Positions 35,006 through 46,499 of a stretch of DNA of 63,742 nt are shown piece after piece. How positions within the stretch are numbered: the stretch's first letter is position 1; the number at the start of each line of letters is the position of its first letter. The DNA comes from Sminthopsis crassicaudata. Taxonomy: Eukaryota. The stretch lies in assembly GCF_048593235.1 (NCBI RefSeq), contig NC_133618.1:513875675-513939416 (forward strand), in the 5' to 3' direction. The notes beneath the pieces were generated by a model. The model did not search any database and had not been told where the DNA came from. It saw only the letters and a list, made by a program, of their open reading frames with translations. The position numbers were made by a program, and so were the translations under genes.

Positions 35006-35419
35006 CTGAGGACATGGCAAGGGCAGGTCCAGAAGAAAAAAGCGGACAACATGAGAGGGAGATGTGGGGAAGCAGAGGTGAGAATGAGGTAAGGCCTTGG
35101 GGAAGCGCACAGACAGGCTGGGAGCACCATGGCGATCAGAGGGAAGACCTCGGAAGGGGGAGATCAGGGGGTAGTTTTTGCTGTGGTATGAGCTGACCCT
35201 GACTAAGTGGGCTTACGTTTCTGAGCCTCAGTGCCCTCACCTGTAACATGAGTTGGCATAATTAAGTGCTCTCTAAGGGCTAGCTAGGCCTCCGTGAGGC
35301 TGCTTAACCGAGTGGGAAGCCAGGAGAGGAGGAGTTTTAAGTAGGATGAGGAACAAGGAGGGACGGGGGATCCCCGGAGGGAAGCAGCAGAAGGCAGGGA
35401 AGGAAAGAGCTGTACTCAC

Positions 35420-35574
35420 GGGTCAGGTAGAGGCCAAGGTCAGCCCCAGCCAGCATGAAGCCCAGGAGGAATCGGAGGGCCGTGAGACCAGGTGGGGAGC
35501 CAGCTGCAGCCCCTCCTACTCCACAGGGTCCTGCCAACCCCAAGGCCAGCAGCACGACCCCTCGGCGTCCTACC
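35420..35574 (-). CDS. SLC22A17: SLC22A17 coding exon 3
   Basis: [13 protein letters not shown]...[19 protein letters not shown]; 155 nt. Confidence 0.95.
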
Positions 35575-35932
35575 CTGGAGAAAAGGGAGGACCTTCCGTC
35601 ACAGCATCCCACAGCCTCCTCCTTCCTCCGGGAACCACGGCCAGCCCACTGAATTGCTAAGATTCACTTTGCCTCCCCCCCCCCACTTTGTCATGAACCA
35701 ATGGCTTATGAGAGCATCAGGGATGGGGGGGGCGGCTAGAGCTCACCATGTACCTGGAAACTTTGAGAACTAGAGAGCTGACTTCTAAGGATGGGCTAGC
35801 CCTGCCACATGGACTCCTCCTCGCTCCCCTGGGTAGTTTTCTTCACTGTTTCTCAAGTTTGGCTTCCCTTAGCTCACTTGCTCCTTAGAGTGGCCTCCTA
35901 GTGCAATGCACTCCTGCCGTGCACATACATAC

Positions 35933-36036
35933 CTGTCTGTAGGATGGCCCAGACCCAGGTAGCCACAGGCAAAGCCCAAGAGGAAGAGGATCTGCTCCAG
36001 CGTTACCTCCCAGCCCCTTTCACAGACTAGATCCCA
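35933..36036 (-). CDS. SLC22A17: SLC22A17 coding exon 2
   Basis: WDLVC signature of SLC22; 104 nt. Confidence 0.96.
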
Positions 36037-36124
36037 CTGTGGAGGGGGAGAGAAGGCTTTGCTGGGATGGAGAGAGCAGGAGATTCCCCACTTCGGGTTC
36101 AAAAGTCCTGCCCTTCACCCTCAC

Positions 36125-36511
36125 CTGAGTGACCATGTTGCCATGGAGCACAGGGAGACCACTGTAGTCCCAGCCATGGGGGCACCGGGTGCTGTTGGGT
36201 GGGGGTGGGGAGCAGGCCTCTTCACTTGTGTTGAGGGTCGGCTCCCACCCGGAGGCATTGGGCTGCCGGCATCTCAGGGGCGGCACCAGGGTGAGGATGG
36301 GGTCTGAGGCCAGACCCAGGGCCACGAACAGCAGGGGCAGGCAGCTCAAGCCCAGCTGCACCTGCTGGGCCCTCCCCACCACCCCCACCTGCGAGAGCAG
36401 CGACTCGAAGCTGGGGGGCCCTATGGGGGCTGCCAGGGACAGGCTGCTCCCCAGCGCATCAGGAGCCGCTGGTCCCCCTTCCCCCTCCCCTTCGCCCTCC
36501 CGTGGCTCCAT
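36125..36511 (-). CDS. SLC22A17: SLC22A17 (BOCT / lipocalin-2 receptor) first coding exon; nine-exon model = 562 aa
   Basis: ATG at 36511 with an in-frame TGA immediately upstream; [15 protein letters not shown]; SDPILTL..PL.C; WDYSGLPVL; donor CAG|gtgagg; all phases join. Start codon less certain. Confidence 0.88.
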
Positions 36512-37300
36512 TCACCCTGGAACGGAGGAGGGACCCGACCTGTAGGGAACAAGAGAGAAAAATAGGGAGGAAGGGGAGGGATGGAAAATGACAGAGGGAA
36601 ACAAGAGGAAGGGTGGAGGGGGGTGATGGTGGAATAAGGGGTGGGTGAGGTCTATGTACTTCTGAGGGGCAGTCACTCACCCCTCTGGGGCTGGCGGGGG
36701 TCTCTATGGCCCTTTCGCCTTTGTTGCTCCCCCCATGGGGTGAGGGGGTCCTGGTGGCCAAGGAGCCAGAGCCTACTGCTTGGCTTGGGGGAGTGCCTCC
36801 TCTCCCCTCTCCGCCCCAGCTCTTCCTTCCCTTCCTCTGGCCCGGGCTCCCGCCTCCTCCTCCCCTCCCTGCTATCGATTGCTCCGGCCCCACTGCCCGG
36901 CCTTCACTCCACGGCTTTGCTAGATTTCCCACCCTACCCCCCTTCCTTTCTTCAGCTCGGGGCTCCTTTTTCTCTCCTCCCCTTCCTTTAGACTCTCCTC
37001 CCCTTCCCGGGTCCTCCTGGACTCACCCTCTGAGGGAGGGAACCTCACTCTATCCGCCCTTCTTCTGAGTGGCCTCAAGGCTGGGAAAGCACCTCGCCGG
37101 GGAAAGGGGAGAAGGGGGAGGCGGCAGCGGGCGGAGGGCTGGCCCTGACGGCTCTCCTGCCCGCGGCTCCCAGGGCCCTGCTCCAGGAGAGCTCTAGGAG
37201 AGGGAATCGCTGGATCTGCGGCAGGAGGCCCCGGCCCTGTCCCCTTACTGCTGTGCGTGGGGGGAAATGGAATGGATTTCATCTTCTGATCTCCTTTCAA
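36200..37300. promoter_or_regulatory. SLC22A17 5' GC-rich/CpG region with upstream exons (minus-strand donors after 37027 and 36681)
   Basis: AGG|gtgagt and GGG|gtgagt donors; CACTTCCTG ETS motif near 37330. Confidence 0.6.
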
Positions 37301-37808
37301 GCTCGAGACCCATTATCCCATAACGCTCTCACTTCCTGAGAAAAAGCCTTGGAAAAGAGGCGCTCTCCTATTTTAAGGGAAGGGACCACAGGGGATTTTG
37401 GATATTACTGCATTATTAAATAAGCCCAAGCAAGAACTCTCACTTGCTCCCATATCCTCTCCACATTTATTCTTGGTTTTCATAGGATGCAAAGGGTCAT
37501 CTAGTCCTCCCTTCTCCCTTCCCCAATTCCCTGTCATTTTATAGATGAAAGAACCAAAGCCCAGTAGAGCCCCATGCCCGACCACTAGCAAGTGTCAGAG
37601 TCTGGACTTAAACCCAAGACCTTTGGCAGCAGTCAGCACTTTCCCCACTGTTCCCCACGGCTTCGTTTACTTGTTGTCCTCCGCCCTTCCCCCTGGTCCT
37701 TCAATCTGTCCCCATTCCCAACTACAGCTTTGATGGCTTTTCTTCCCCAAGTATCACACTAGTCAGCACAAAGACAGACAAGCACAGACAGGATGACAAA
37801 GAGCAGGT

Positions 37809-37814
37809 TTTATT
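37809..37814 (-). terminator. EFS polyadenylation signal
   Basis: tttatt about 730 nt past the EFS stop. Confidence 0.7.
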
Positions 37815-38540
37815 GAGGTGCACAGTTCCAGTTTATGACGCTCTTTGCCTTCCCTCTCTTTTCCCCCACTGTTTTCTCAGGGGCCAGAAGATCTCCAGCT
37901 TCAGCCACTCCCCAGTGGCCTGAGCTGTGGGCTCAGGGTCCTGCTTTTTCCTCACCTAACCGTCTCCCTTGGAGCTGCAGAGGGTCCTGAGCTCACCCCA
38001 TCACAGGGTGCAAGGGAATGGCGTTCCCGTTCCTCCAGCATTTTGCTTTTGCCATATGTTTTTTCTTCTTGAGACTGAGCTGGGGAAGGTAAGGGACCAA
38101 GTGCCCAAGATGAGGGCAGGATGAGAAATCCTCTCCCCACCCACTATGGCAGACCATGTGCTTCCTCTTTTCTTCCTGACAATTTGGGGAATAATATTAA
38201 ATATAAATAATTTATATAAAATGGCTCGTACAAAAAGCTGCTGTAGGAAGATATAGAGAAGAGGAGAATCCAAAATGGGGAACTAAGGGAGAATGAGATG
38301 ATCAGAGGGGATGGAAAGGATCGAGGGAAGACAACTGTCCCGTTCCCTGTATCCCACAGGCAGCCACGGGGGGGGGGGGGAGGACAGACGGAGTGAGGGA
38401 CCTCCCTGAGGTCCCCAGATACCCAGGGAAGAACTGGTCATCTCAGGCAAAGGAGAGAATTCTAGGCTGGATTGGAATTGGTCGGGGTCAGATTTGGAGA
38501 GAAGGCAGGGAGGAGTCCAGCAGGTGGGGCGGTGTGATGC

Positions 38541-38975
38541 TCAGGGTGCTAGGCCACTGAGCAGGGTAGTGAATTGCAATGCTTGCCCAGCCAGCTCAGC
38601 CACCCGCTGGGCCATCTCTCGGGCAGCAGGACCCGAGGGGTAACCTAGAGCAGCACCCTTGACAGCCAGCACAGCGGCCCGTAGTGCCTGACCCAGGGCT
38701 GCCCCCGCAGTGCCAACCTGGGCACGCAAAGGAGCCGATGCAGCCAGTCGGCCCAGGGTGTCCCCTACAAACACCAGCCTATGGGCTGCTACTACCACTC
38801 GTTTGCTGTGGGGCACAAATTGTCGAGGGGGGTGATTGGCTCTGGTACTGGCTAGCAAGGCTGCCACGGCGGCCTGCAGAGCTGAATAGTGGCTCTGGCA
38901 CTGCCCAACATAGAAGTGTAGCAGCTGCAGGTCCCCCGAAGGCAGGTCAAGGGGCTCCCTTGGGGCCGGGGCCTC
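38541..38975 (-). CDS. EFS: EFS last coding exon (CAS-family C-terminal domain)
   Basis: DLQLLHFYVGQCQSHYSALQAAV...SKRVVVAAHRLVFVGDTL...FTTLLSGLAP*. Confidence 0.97.
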   Translation of the reverse strand, partial: EAPAPREPLDLPSGDLQLLHFYVGQCQSHYSALQAAVAALLASTRANHPPRQFVPHSKRVVVAAHRLVFVGDTLGRLAASAPLRAQVGTAGAALGQALRAAVLAVKGAALGYPSGPAAREMAQRVAELAGQALQFTTLLSGLAP

Positions 38976-39473
38976 CTGCAGGGAGGAGAAGCAGCATTAC
39001 CAGGGAGGCGGTGTCCAAGTGCCCTTCCTGAGGAGCGGCTGACAGAGCCTCCCCGCTCCGCACCTTACAATCCCTTCCCTTAGCATTTATCCCTGAGATA
39101 TTGTGTCCAGTACAGGTGAGGGGCCCAGAAAGAGAAGTTACTCACTGAGGGCCAGGGCTACAAGTCAGGTTTCCTGACTTCCCATCTGCTGCTCTTTCCA
39201 TGGCTGCCTAGTCTTCTGCCTCCTAACCAAGTAGATCCCCTTTCCCTAAATTCTAATCCCTTAAATTCTAACCCATGGGACTCGTACTTCCTCAAATTCA
39301 ATTCCTTTCTCCTTAACTCCTAAGTTCTAACTTTGTTGTTTCCCATTTTGACATCTCTGAATTTTCAATCTTTCCCTTGAAATTTTAACTTCTCTCCTTG
39401 ACCTTCTTCTATCTGCTCCCCTTCCCCAGAAAAGTCTTCCAAGGTTCCCTGCCCACCCCCAGGGGCATTTCAC

Positions 39474-39569
39474 CTGCTCTTCCTGCAGAAGTCTCTCTGG
39501 AAGCATCATCTCAGGGTCCCCTGGCGTGGCTCCATCCAGGGGATCAGAACCTTGGATTCTCTCCATCCC
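39474..39569 (-). CDS. EFS: EFS coding exon 5
   Basis: GMERIQGS...EEQ; 96 nt; cctgcag|GGG and CAG|gtgaaa; phase 0/0. Confidence 0.85.
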
Positions 39570-40391
39570 CTGCAGGAGGGAACCCAGTGTTTCAGAGAAG
39601 GGGGAAGGGAAAGCCTGGCTGGGGCTTTCATTCCTTCCCTGGACTGCCCAGTTGGCTAATTTATCCTTTTCCTTCTGTGAGCTCTTACATTGTCCACCAC
39701 TTGCCTTAATGTTTGTGCAAAGCATTTTATATGGATGATGAGGATTTGATCATTTACATCATTTGATTTTTTTTTTTCATGATCTCTGGTTTTCCAGGAT
39801 GGCTCAGAGCTATAGAAACTATTTAAATCTGGAACAGACCTCAGAACTCCTAATTCTCATTCCTCTCCTCCATCCCACCCCAGCCCCCTACCATTTTAGA
39901 GATGGGGAAAACAAAGCTAAAAGAAATGAAATGATTGTCTCAGATCACATATGATGCTCCTACCTCCATCCAGGAGGCTACGTCAGAAGAGTTAAGTTGG
40001 GTTTAGGGACAGAGATTTGACATTCAGATGAAAGACAGAGCATGAGATTAGGGGTCAAGAGCCTGAATTTGGCAGCAGAAATTGCTCCCTAAAAGTAGGC
40101 AGAAAGAAGTGGTTGTATGATGCTTTGGATAGAAGGTTAGCTTTGGAATCTGAAAAAAGATCTGGGTTCAAATGTCACCATCCCTATGGGATGACCATGG
40201 GACAAATCTGTTAACCTCTCCATTCTCCAGGGACAGATCTCTGCACTGAGGGCAGTAGGTCGGAAAGTTTCCTAGACTGATAAAACCAATTTTTCTACCC
40301 AAGAAAAAAATGACAACTAGACAGTATGAAGACTTTTGGAGAATTTTCTGTTACCTCCACTTTTCATTCTGTTTCTCTTGAGAATTAATCA

Positions 40392-40548
40392 GAGGCAATT
40401 AGGTGACACAGTGGATAGAGCACCAGCCCTGAAGTCAGGAGGACCTGAGTTCAAATCCATCCTCAGACACTTAACACTTCCTGACTGTGTGACCCTGGGC
40501 AAGTCACAACCCCAATTGTCTCAGTTAAAAATGAAATAAAATAAAAAA
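40392..40548 (+). mobile_element. WSINE1-type SINE in EFS intron 4
   Basis: tRNA-derived A/B boxes (gtggatagagc, gagttcaaatcc), SINE body and A-rich tail. Confidence 0.88.
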
Positions 40549-40591
40549 GAATTAACCAGTTGAGGGATCAGCGCTCAGAGGCTGTGCTCAC

Positions 40592-41326
40592 CTTGAGATG
40601 AACGTAGTCGTACTCCTCGCCCAGGGGGATGCCCTCATACTCATTGTGGGGGTCTGCTGTCCCTGCCCCTGCATCCCCCGCTCGGCCTTCCTCGGCCCCC
40701 TCTGTTTTAAGCCCCATGTAGCTGGGCAGGCGGGGAGGTGGAGGGGGCAGTGGTCGATCCTGGATACTGCCTTTTCGACCAGAGGCGGGCGAGGGCACGG
40801 GTGAGGGGGCGGAGAGTTCCTGCACAGGCAGAGCAGGCAGTGGACGCCGGGACAGGCTCTCAGTGGAGGGGAGCCTGGGCCGTGGGGGTGGGGGTGGGCT
40901 TCGGGCCAGGAGCAAGGTGAGGGTCTCTAGGTCACCCGGGGCAGGGTTGGAGCCAGGGGGAGTAGGAGGTGCGAGAGGCAGCGGTTCCTCAGGACCCAGC
41001 AGGGGCACATCATAGATGGCTTCCTCACTGCTGCTGGAGGTGCCATCTCCCAGAAGTTCTTCTGGTGCTTCGTACAGATTGAGCAGGGCGGATGCCCGCT
41101 TCAGATTGGAGGGGGCGGCATAGAGGGGGGGCTCTGGCTCCCGGCCCCCTTCCCACTCCAGGTCGAATTCAGGAGATGGCTTCAGAGCTGGTGGGACATC
41201 ATAAGGGGCATCGTCTTCCCCAGGTTGCTGAGTGGATGCTCGGGCTAGGGGTCGGGGGAAAGGGACTGGGGAATCATAGGGGTCGTTGGGGGGAATTCGA
41301 AGAGCAGTGGGGGGCACATCATAAAC
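40592..41326 (-). CDS. EFS: EFS coding exon 4 (substrate domain)
   Basis: Multiple YxxP motifs, RPLPALP and RPLPPPP SH3 ligands, YDYVHL Src-SH2 site; 735 nt. Confidence 0.97.
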
Positions 41327-41516
41327 CTGGAAAGAAAATAGATCCAGGGTCAGTGAGACTCCTAATGAGGCTCCTCACCTGTCTGGTTCCCTCCCCCCTT
41401 GCAGTCTCCAAACCTGGCAGATTCTCCTGCCACGTTCCCTCTCTCCTCCTGCCAAGGCTATTCCTGGACTTCTTTTTAGGCAGTGACCCCCGGTTTTCTA
41501 GCTCCTTCATCCTCAC

Positions 41517-41657
41517 CTCTCGAGTATCTGCAGGGGTGTCTGTCTGCATCCCACTACTTCTGGGGACTTTGTAGATGGCATCCGGGGATGGCGGGCAGGG
41601 CCCAGGTGAAGGTCTTGGGGCAGAACAGGGCCGAGGTGGCGGGGGGATCACATATAC
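41517..41657 (-). CDS. EFS: EFS coding exon 3
   Basis: VYVIPPPPRP...IYKVP; 141 nt; AG/GT boundaries. Confidence 0.95.
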
Positions 41658-41946
41658 CTGAAAAAGCATCAAGCACAGCGTGAGTTAGCAGAGCTGAGAG
41701 AGCAGGGAATGAGAGAGCCATAGCATAGTTTTAGGTGGTATAACAGAAAGAGCTAGAGCTAGAGAAGTTATGTTTAAAACTCTTTACTACCTTACATAAC
41801 TCATTTAACCTCCCAAGGCTTCAGTTTCTGTACCTATAAAGTTCTTCCACTTCTCTAACTCTGGGATCCAAAAAAAAAGTTAATGCTAAGTGGGAATTTA
41901 GAAAACATCTGTTTCAGGGGAGGTTAACATGGTGTCTGTGAACTTA

Positions 41947-42290
41947 TTATTTCTTTTTCATTCGTATATAATTTTTTTCAATAATATTTTTTCCAAATAC
42001 ATGCAAATAAAATTTTCAGCATTCACCTTTGCAAAATCTTCTGGTCCAAAAATTTCTCCCCTTCTCCCCTCTCTCTCCTCCCCAAGACAACCAGCAATTA
42101 GACATAGGTTAAACATGTACAATTCTTCTCAACATTCCCATATTCGTCATGCTACGCAATAGAAATCATATCAAAAGGGAAAAACCACCAGAAAAAAAAC
42201 AAGCAAAACAACAACAACAACAAAAAGGTGAAAATACTATGTTTTGACCCACATTCAGATTCCACAATTCCACAGAGTCTCACTGACCCT
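41947..42290 (-). mobile_element. L1 3'-end fragment in EFS intron 2
   Basis: Reverse complement of the marsupial L1 3'UTR pattern; bounds approximate. Confidence 0.7.
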
Positions 42291-42679
42291 GGCTCCATTT
42301 TCCTTCCAGGTTTCTATCCCAAATCTATTGGAATTGCCTTGAGTGACCATGAAAATTAATAATGATAGCTTACATTTAAATATAAGACCATAGGAGTTAG
42401 CCCTGAAAAGAGTCCAATCCATTCCAGCTGATCACTGGAACTTATTTTTAAAAAAATTATTATTGTTTGATAATTTTTTCAATATAATCAGCTCGATATA
42501 ATATTTGATATATTTAAAAACATTATTTTAAGAAGTGACCCATAGGCTTTGATAGATTGCCACTGGGATCCAGGACATGCAAAAAGGGAAAGGACACCTG
42601 ATTTAGTCCAACTTCTTGGACCCTCTTCTCTGCACCTCTTTTATTATTTCATTTGATGATCTCATTGGTTCCCTTGGAT

Positions 42680-43600
42680 TAATTATCATCTCTATGCTGA
42701 TTAATCCTAATCTCTCTGCTGACCTCAGGTCTTGAATCTCCAACTGCCTTGGGACATCTCAAACTAGCTGTCTAGTGCTCATCTTAAATGCAACATGTCT
42801 ATAATTGAACTCATTATCTCTTCCTCTGAATCTTCCTCCCACCTCCTAGCTTCTCAATTATCACCATCCTCCCAGTTCCTGAGACTCCTCCACATGTCAC
42901 TCTCACTTCCCATATCCAAACCATTTTTACCCTCACAACTCTCCAATATGTCTACTTCTGTCCTTTGCCACCAATTCAGACACATCATCTCTGTCACATT
43001 GATTCTACAATAGCCCCCTGAGAAGTCAGCCTGCTGGAGGGTCAGCCCTTCTCAAATCTCTGCCCGTTCCAATTCATCCTCCATTCATCCACTGAAGTGA
43101 TTTCCCTAAATTACATGTCACTCTCCGGACAGCTCCCAGAATCAGGACAAAAGCCTCTGGCATTCCCTTTGTGTAGCTTCATCTTCTGCTTTTCCAGGCT
43201 TCTCACACCTTCCTCCAAAGGATGCTCTCTTTGATATGGTAACCATGATCTCCCAGCGGTTCCTGGAACAAGACCCTCTACCTACCTCTAGGCTTGGGGA
43301 TTTTCTCAGGCTGTCCCTCTTTCCTAGAATCCTTTCTCTCCTCTCCATCCTGGTTTTCCTTCAAATCTCAACTAATATATCATCCTCTATAGGAAGCCTT
43401 TCCCAACCCATCTCGGTCCTAGTCCCTTCCCTCTCTTAATCATTTCCTATATAGCCTCAATCTAGCTGGTTTGTATATATTTATTTGTTTTTCATCTTAG
43501 AGAATAAGCATATTAGGGTATTAGCAACTTGAGGGCTAATTCTTATTACCTAGTATACTGCCTGGCACACAGTAGGCTATAATACATGTTTATGGATTAA
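42680..43600 (+). mobile_element. L2 3' region in EFS intron 2
   Basis: L2 motifs (catcttaaatgcaacatgtc; cctggcacacagtagg..aatacatgttt). Confidence 0.7.
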
Positions 43601-43973
43601 CCAACCTCATCTTACAAAAAAAGGAAATCAGAGCCATTGAAGTGAATTGGCTCCCCCAAGATCACACAGTTCGTTAGTGTCAGAGACAGAATTAGAACTG
43701 TGCTCAACTGATTCCATTCTCTTTCTACCATGCTATCTATGTCTTCAGTCTGAGAGTGAAGCTAAAAGGGCTAGTGCAAGTCAAAGAAGAGTGCCAAAAA
43801 AGGCATGGAGAGTGAGAGCTGGTAGGGAGAGAGTTTTTTAGATTGGGGGGACCAGGGAAGGAACTATATCCACAGAGCCTGGGGCACTGAGAAGGTCCTA
43901 GGGAGTAGGACTAGCTGGGGTCTTCAAGCTAAGGGTGGGGAGGGAGAAAGTTACCTTCTGACCCTTTACTTAC

Positions 43974-44252
43974 TTCCTGTTCCACCGGACCAGGCCCAGG
44001 TCCTGGATCAGATGTACTCTGATGAGTAGGAGGCACCTGGTAAAGGCTGGACTCAGGGCTGGGGCCAGTGGGGAGAAGCTTCACTCGATTGGCAGGCACA
44101 ATGCCCTGCTGGCCATGGAGGGAGCAGAGACACCACCCCTGCAGCCCCCCAGTCCCTTCCCCTTGCAGCACTCGGAGTACATCCCCACGTTTGAAGGACA
44201 GTTCCTCTGGAGATTCTGCTGTGTTGTCATAGAGGGCCCGGGCCAGCTGGGC
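43974..44252 (-). CDS. EFS: EFS coding exon 2 (SH3 domain)
   Basis: AQLARALYDNTAESPEELSF...GWCLCSLHGQQGIVPANRV; 279 nt; phase 0/0. Confidence 0.97.
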
Positions 44253-45351
44253 CTTGGTAGGAGAAGAAAAATGCAAGAGGAAGGATTTTATTACCAATAT
44301 TCTTCTTTAAATGAGACAGTGTCTATTTGAAGCTTCCCATGAAAATTAATAATGATAGCTTACATTTAAATGTTAGACCATAGGAGTTAGCACTGAAAAC
44401 TTTCTAGTTTAAACTCCCCATTTTACAGATGAGGAAATTGAGTCTTAGTAACATAAAGAACCTTGCCCAAGATCATCTGGGTAAATAACTGAGCTGGAAT
44501 TTGAATCCAGGTTTCCTAAATTTAAATTGCAGCTCTGTTCCTTATCATAGCTCAGTGAGGGGGTTGTCCTAAGCATCATCGCTCTGGGTATAACACTGAT
44601 TTTGTAACCCCAGAGGGCCAAGTAGTTCACTTTTACCTCTGAGGTATGGTTCTAGGATACCCTTAAAGAATTCGGGGCCTTCTCTCATCCCTGCCATTGG
44701 CTCAAGGCTTCACCTATTGGATTCTCCCACTTTTACCCATCCAAAAACCCTAGTTCCACTTAGCCACTTAACAGATGAGCTGTTCCAAAGGAATATTTAC
44801 TTCAAAGATATAGCAAGAACAAAAAAACAAAAAACAAATATTCTCCTCAACACAGGCAGGAGAGAATCACAGCTTAACTCAATTCCTATATAGCATCGAT
44901 CCAAGAGAGGTTAACCAATTTGCTCGTAATCAAATAGCTAATAATAAATTAGAATCAGATTTCTGGTCTAGGGCTTCTGACTTAAAGTGTAGTCTAGTAT
45001 ATAAGCTAGGAGGCAGCTCGAGCACTGGGCCCGGAGTCAGGAAGAGGGAGCCTCAGACAGTTATTAGCTGCTTGACCTGCCTGCCTCAGTTTACCACCTG
45101 TAAGTACGGATGATAACAGCAGCTGCTTCCCAGGGTTGTTGTGAAGCTCAGTTCCTGGCACATAGTAGGTGCTTAATAAATGTTTTATGCCCTCCCATCC
45201 CAGAAGAGGATTCTTCTCCCTACTTCACAGATCAAAAAAGTAAAGTTTTAAAAGGAGATGGGCCATGGAGCCACCCGACAGTGGAACCAAGAGTCCTTTA
45301 TCCCTTGAGCCTGCAAAGTCTTTCTTTGGAGGATTGGAGGATATTGGTTTT

Positions 45352-45382
<31 letters not shown>

Positions 45383-46499
45383 GGTCTGATGGTTCCGCAT
45401 ACGTCATAAATGGAGGGATCCTCAGACGCTTTTGGTACGGTTCCTGCCCAGCACAGAGCTCCTAAGGCTCTCCACCTTTCCCTACTTTCTCAGTGCATAG
45501 GAAAATGGGACCAAGACTAGGGGCAAGTCTGTGCTCTCCTTGGGTACTATATCTGTTTCTACTCAAAAAAATCTTGGCATCTGGTGGAAGGATATTGGAA
45601 AAGCTGCAGAGTTGGTTTTTGAATATAGGGGTCTCCTGAGAAAAAGGAGGGACTCTCATATTTGGATAGAGACTTTGGGGCAGGGCAAAAGAGGAGAGTC
45701 TCTGGAATCTGGCCAGTGGGGATGAAGCCCAGTGCTGGGAACAATATATAATTGCTGATTGATTGGTTGATGAAGGGGTGGGGTTTCCCGTGCTCTCCCT
45801 GCCCCCTATTGGGTCCCCCCAGCTGACTTGGGGGGATGGCTCCCTTCCCCCATACCCAGCCTATGAGGTTTGTTTAATGGGGGGTGGCAAACAGCCATGT
45901 GCTCCCTGAGAGTCCCCCCTCCCGAAATCCCGTTCTGCCAGCTGTCTCCTCCCTTTGTCCCCAACCTCCAGTCCCTGGAAAGTGGCCTGAGGCTCACTGA
46001 CATCATCTCTCTCCCTCACCCCTGTTTTTCTTTCTTTCTCAAGCTCCTTATCTCCTTCCCTTCCATTTGCTCCTTTCACTTTCTTCCCTCTCAGTGGGGG
46101 TGCTTCAGGTCCCCCTTTCACTCCCTCAGTTCTTTGCCCTGTCTCCTCAAGTTGCCCCCTCCCCTCCTCCCTTTCTCCTGCTTCTCTCTTCCTAGGGAGC
46201 TGCCACTGGCCATCTGTCCTGTTCCTAAAAAAAGCCCACAGGATTTTTGCCTTCATCCTTTGCCCTCTCCCCACACACCACAGGAGCCGTCTCAGGGGAA
46301 AAAAAAGTAGGGGAACACAAGTGTGGGGAGGGGGGGAGACCAAAAGGAAGAGAAAGGAGGCGTGAAAGAGAGTCGGCCAAAAGTGAGGGAGAGACTTAGA
46401 CAAACAGCCGGGAAGACCCAGAGATGAAAGGGACAGAGTAAAGGGGGAAGCACAAAGGGCAAAAAGTGAAGAAACTAAACAAAACTAGAAGCAGCTTTA

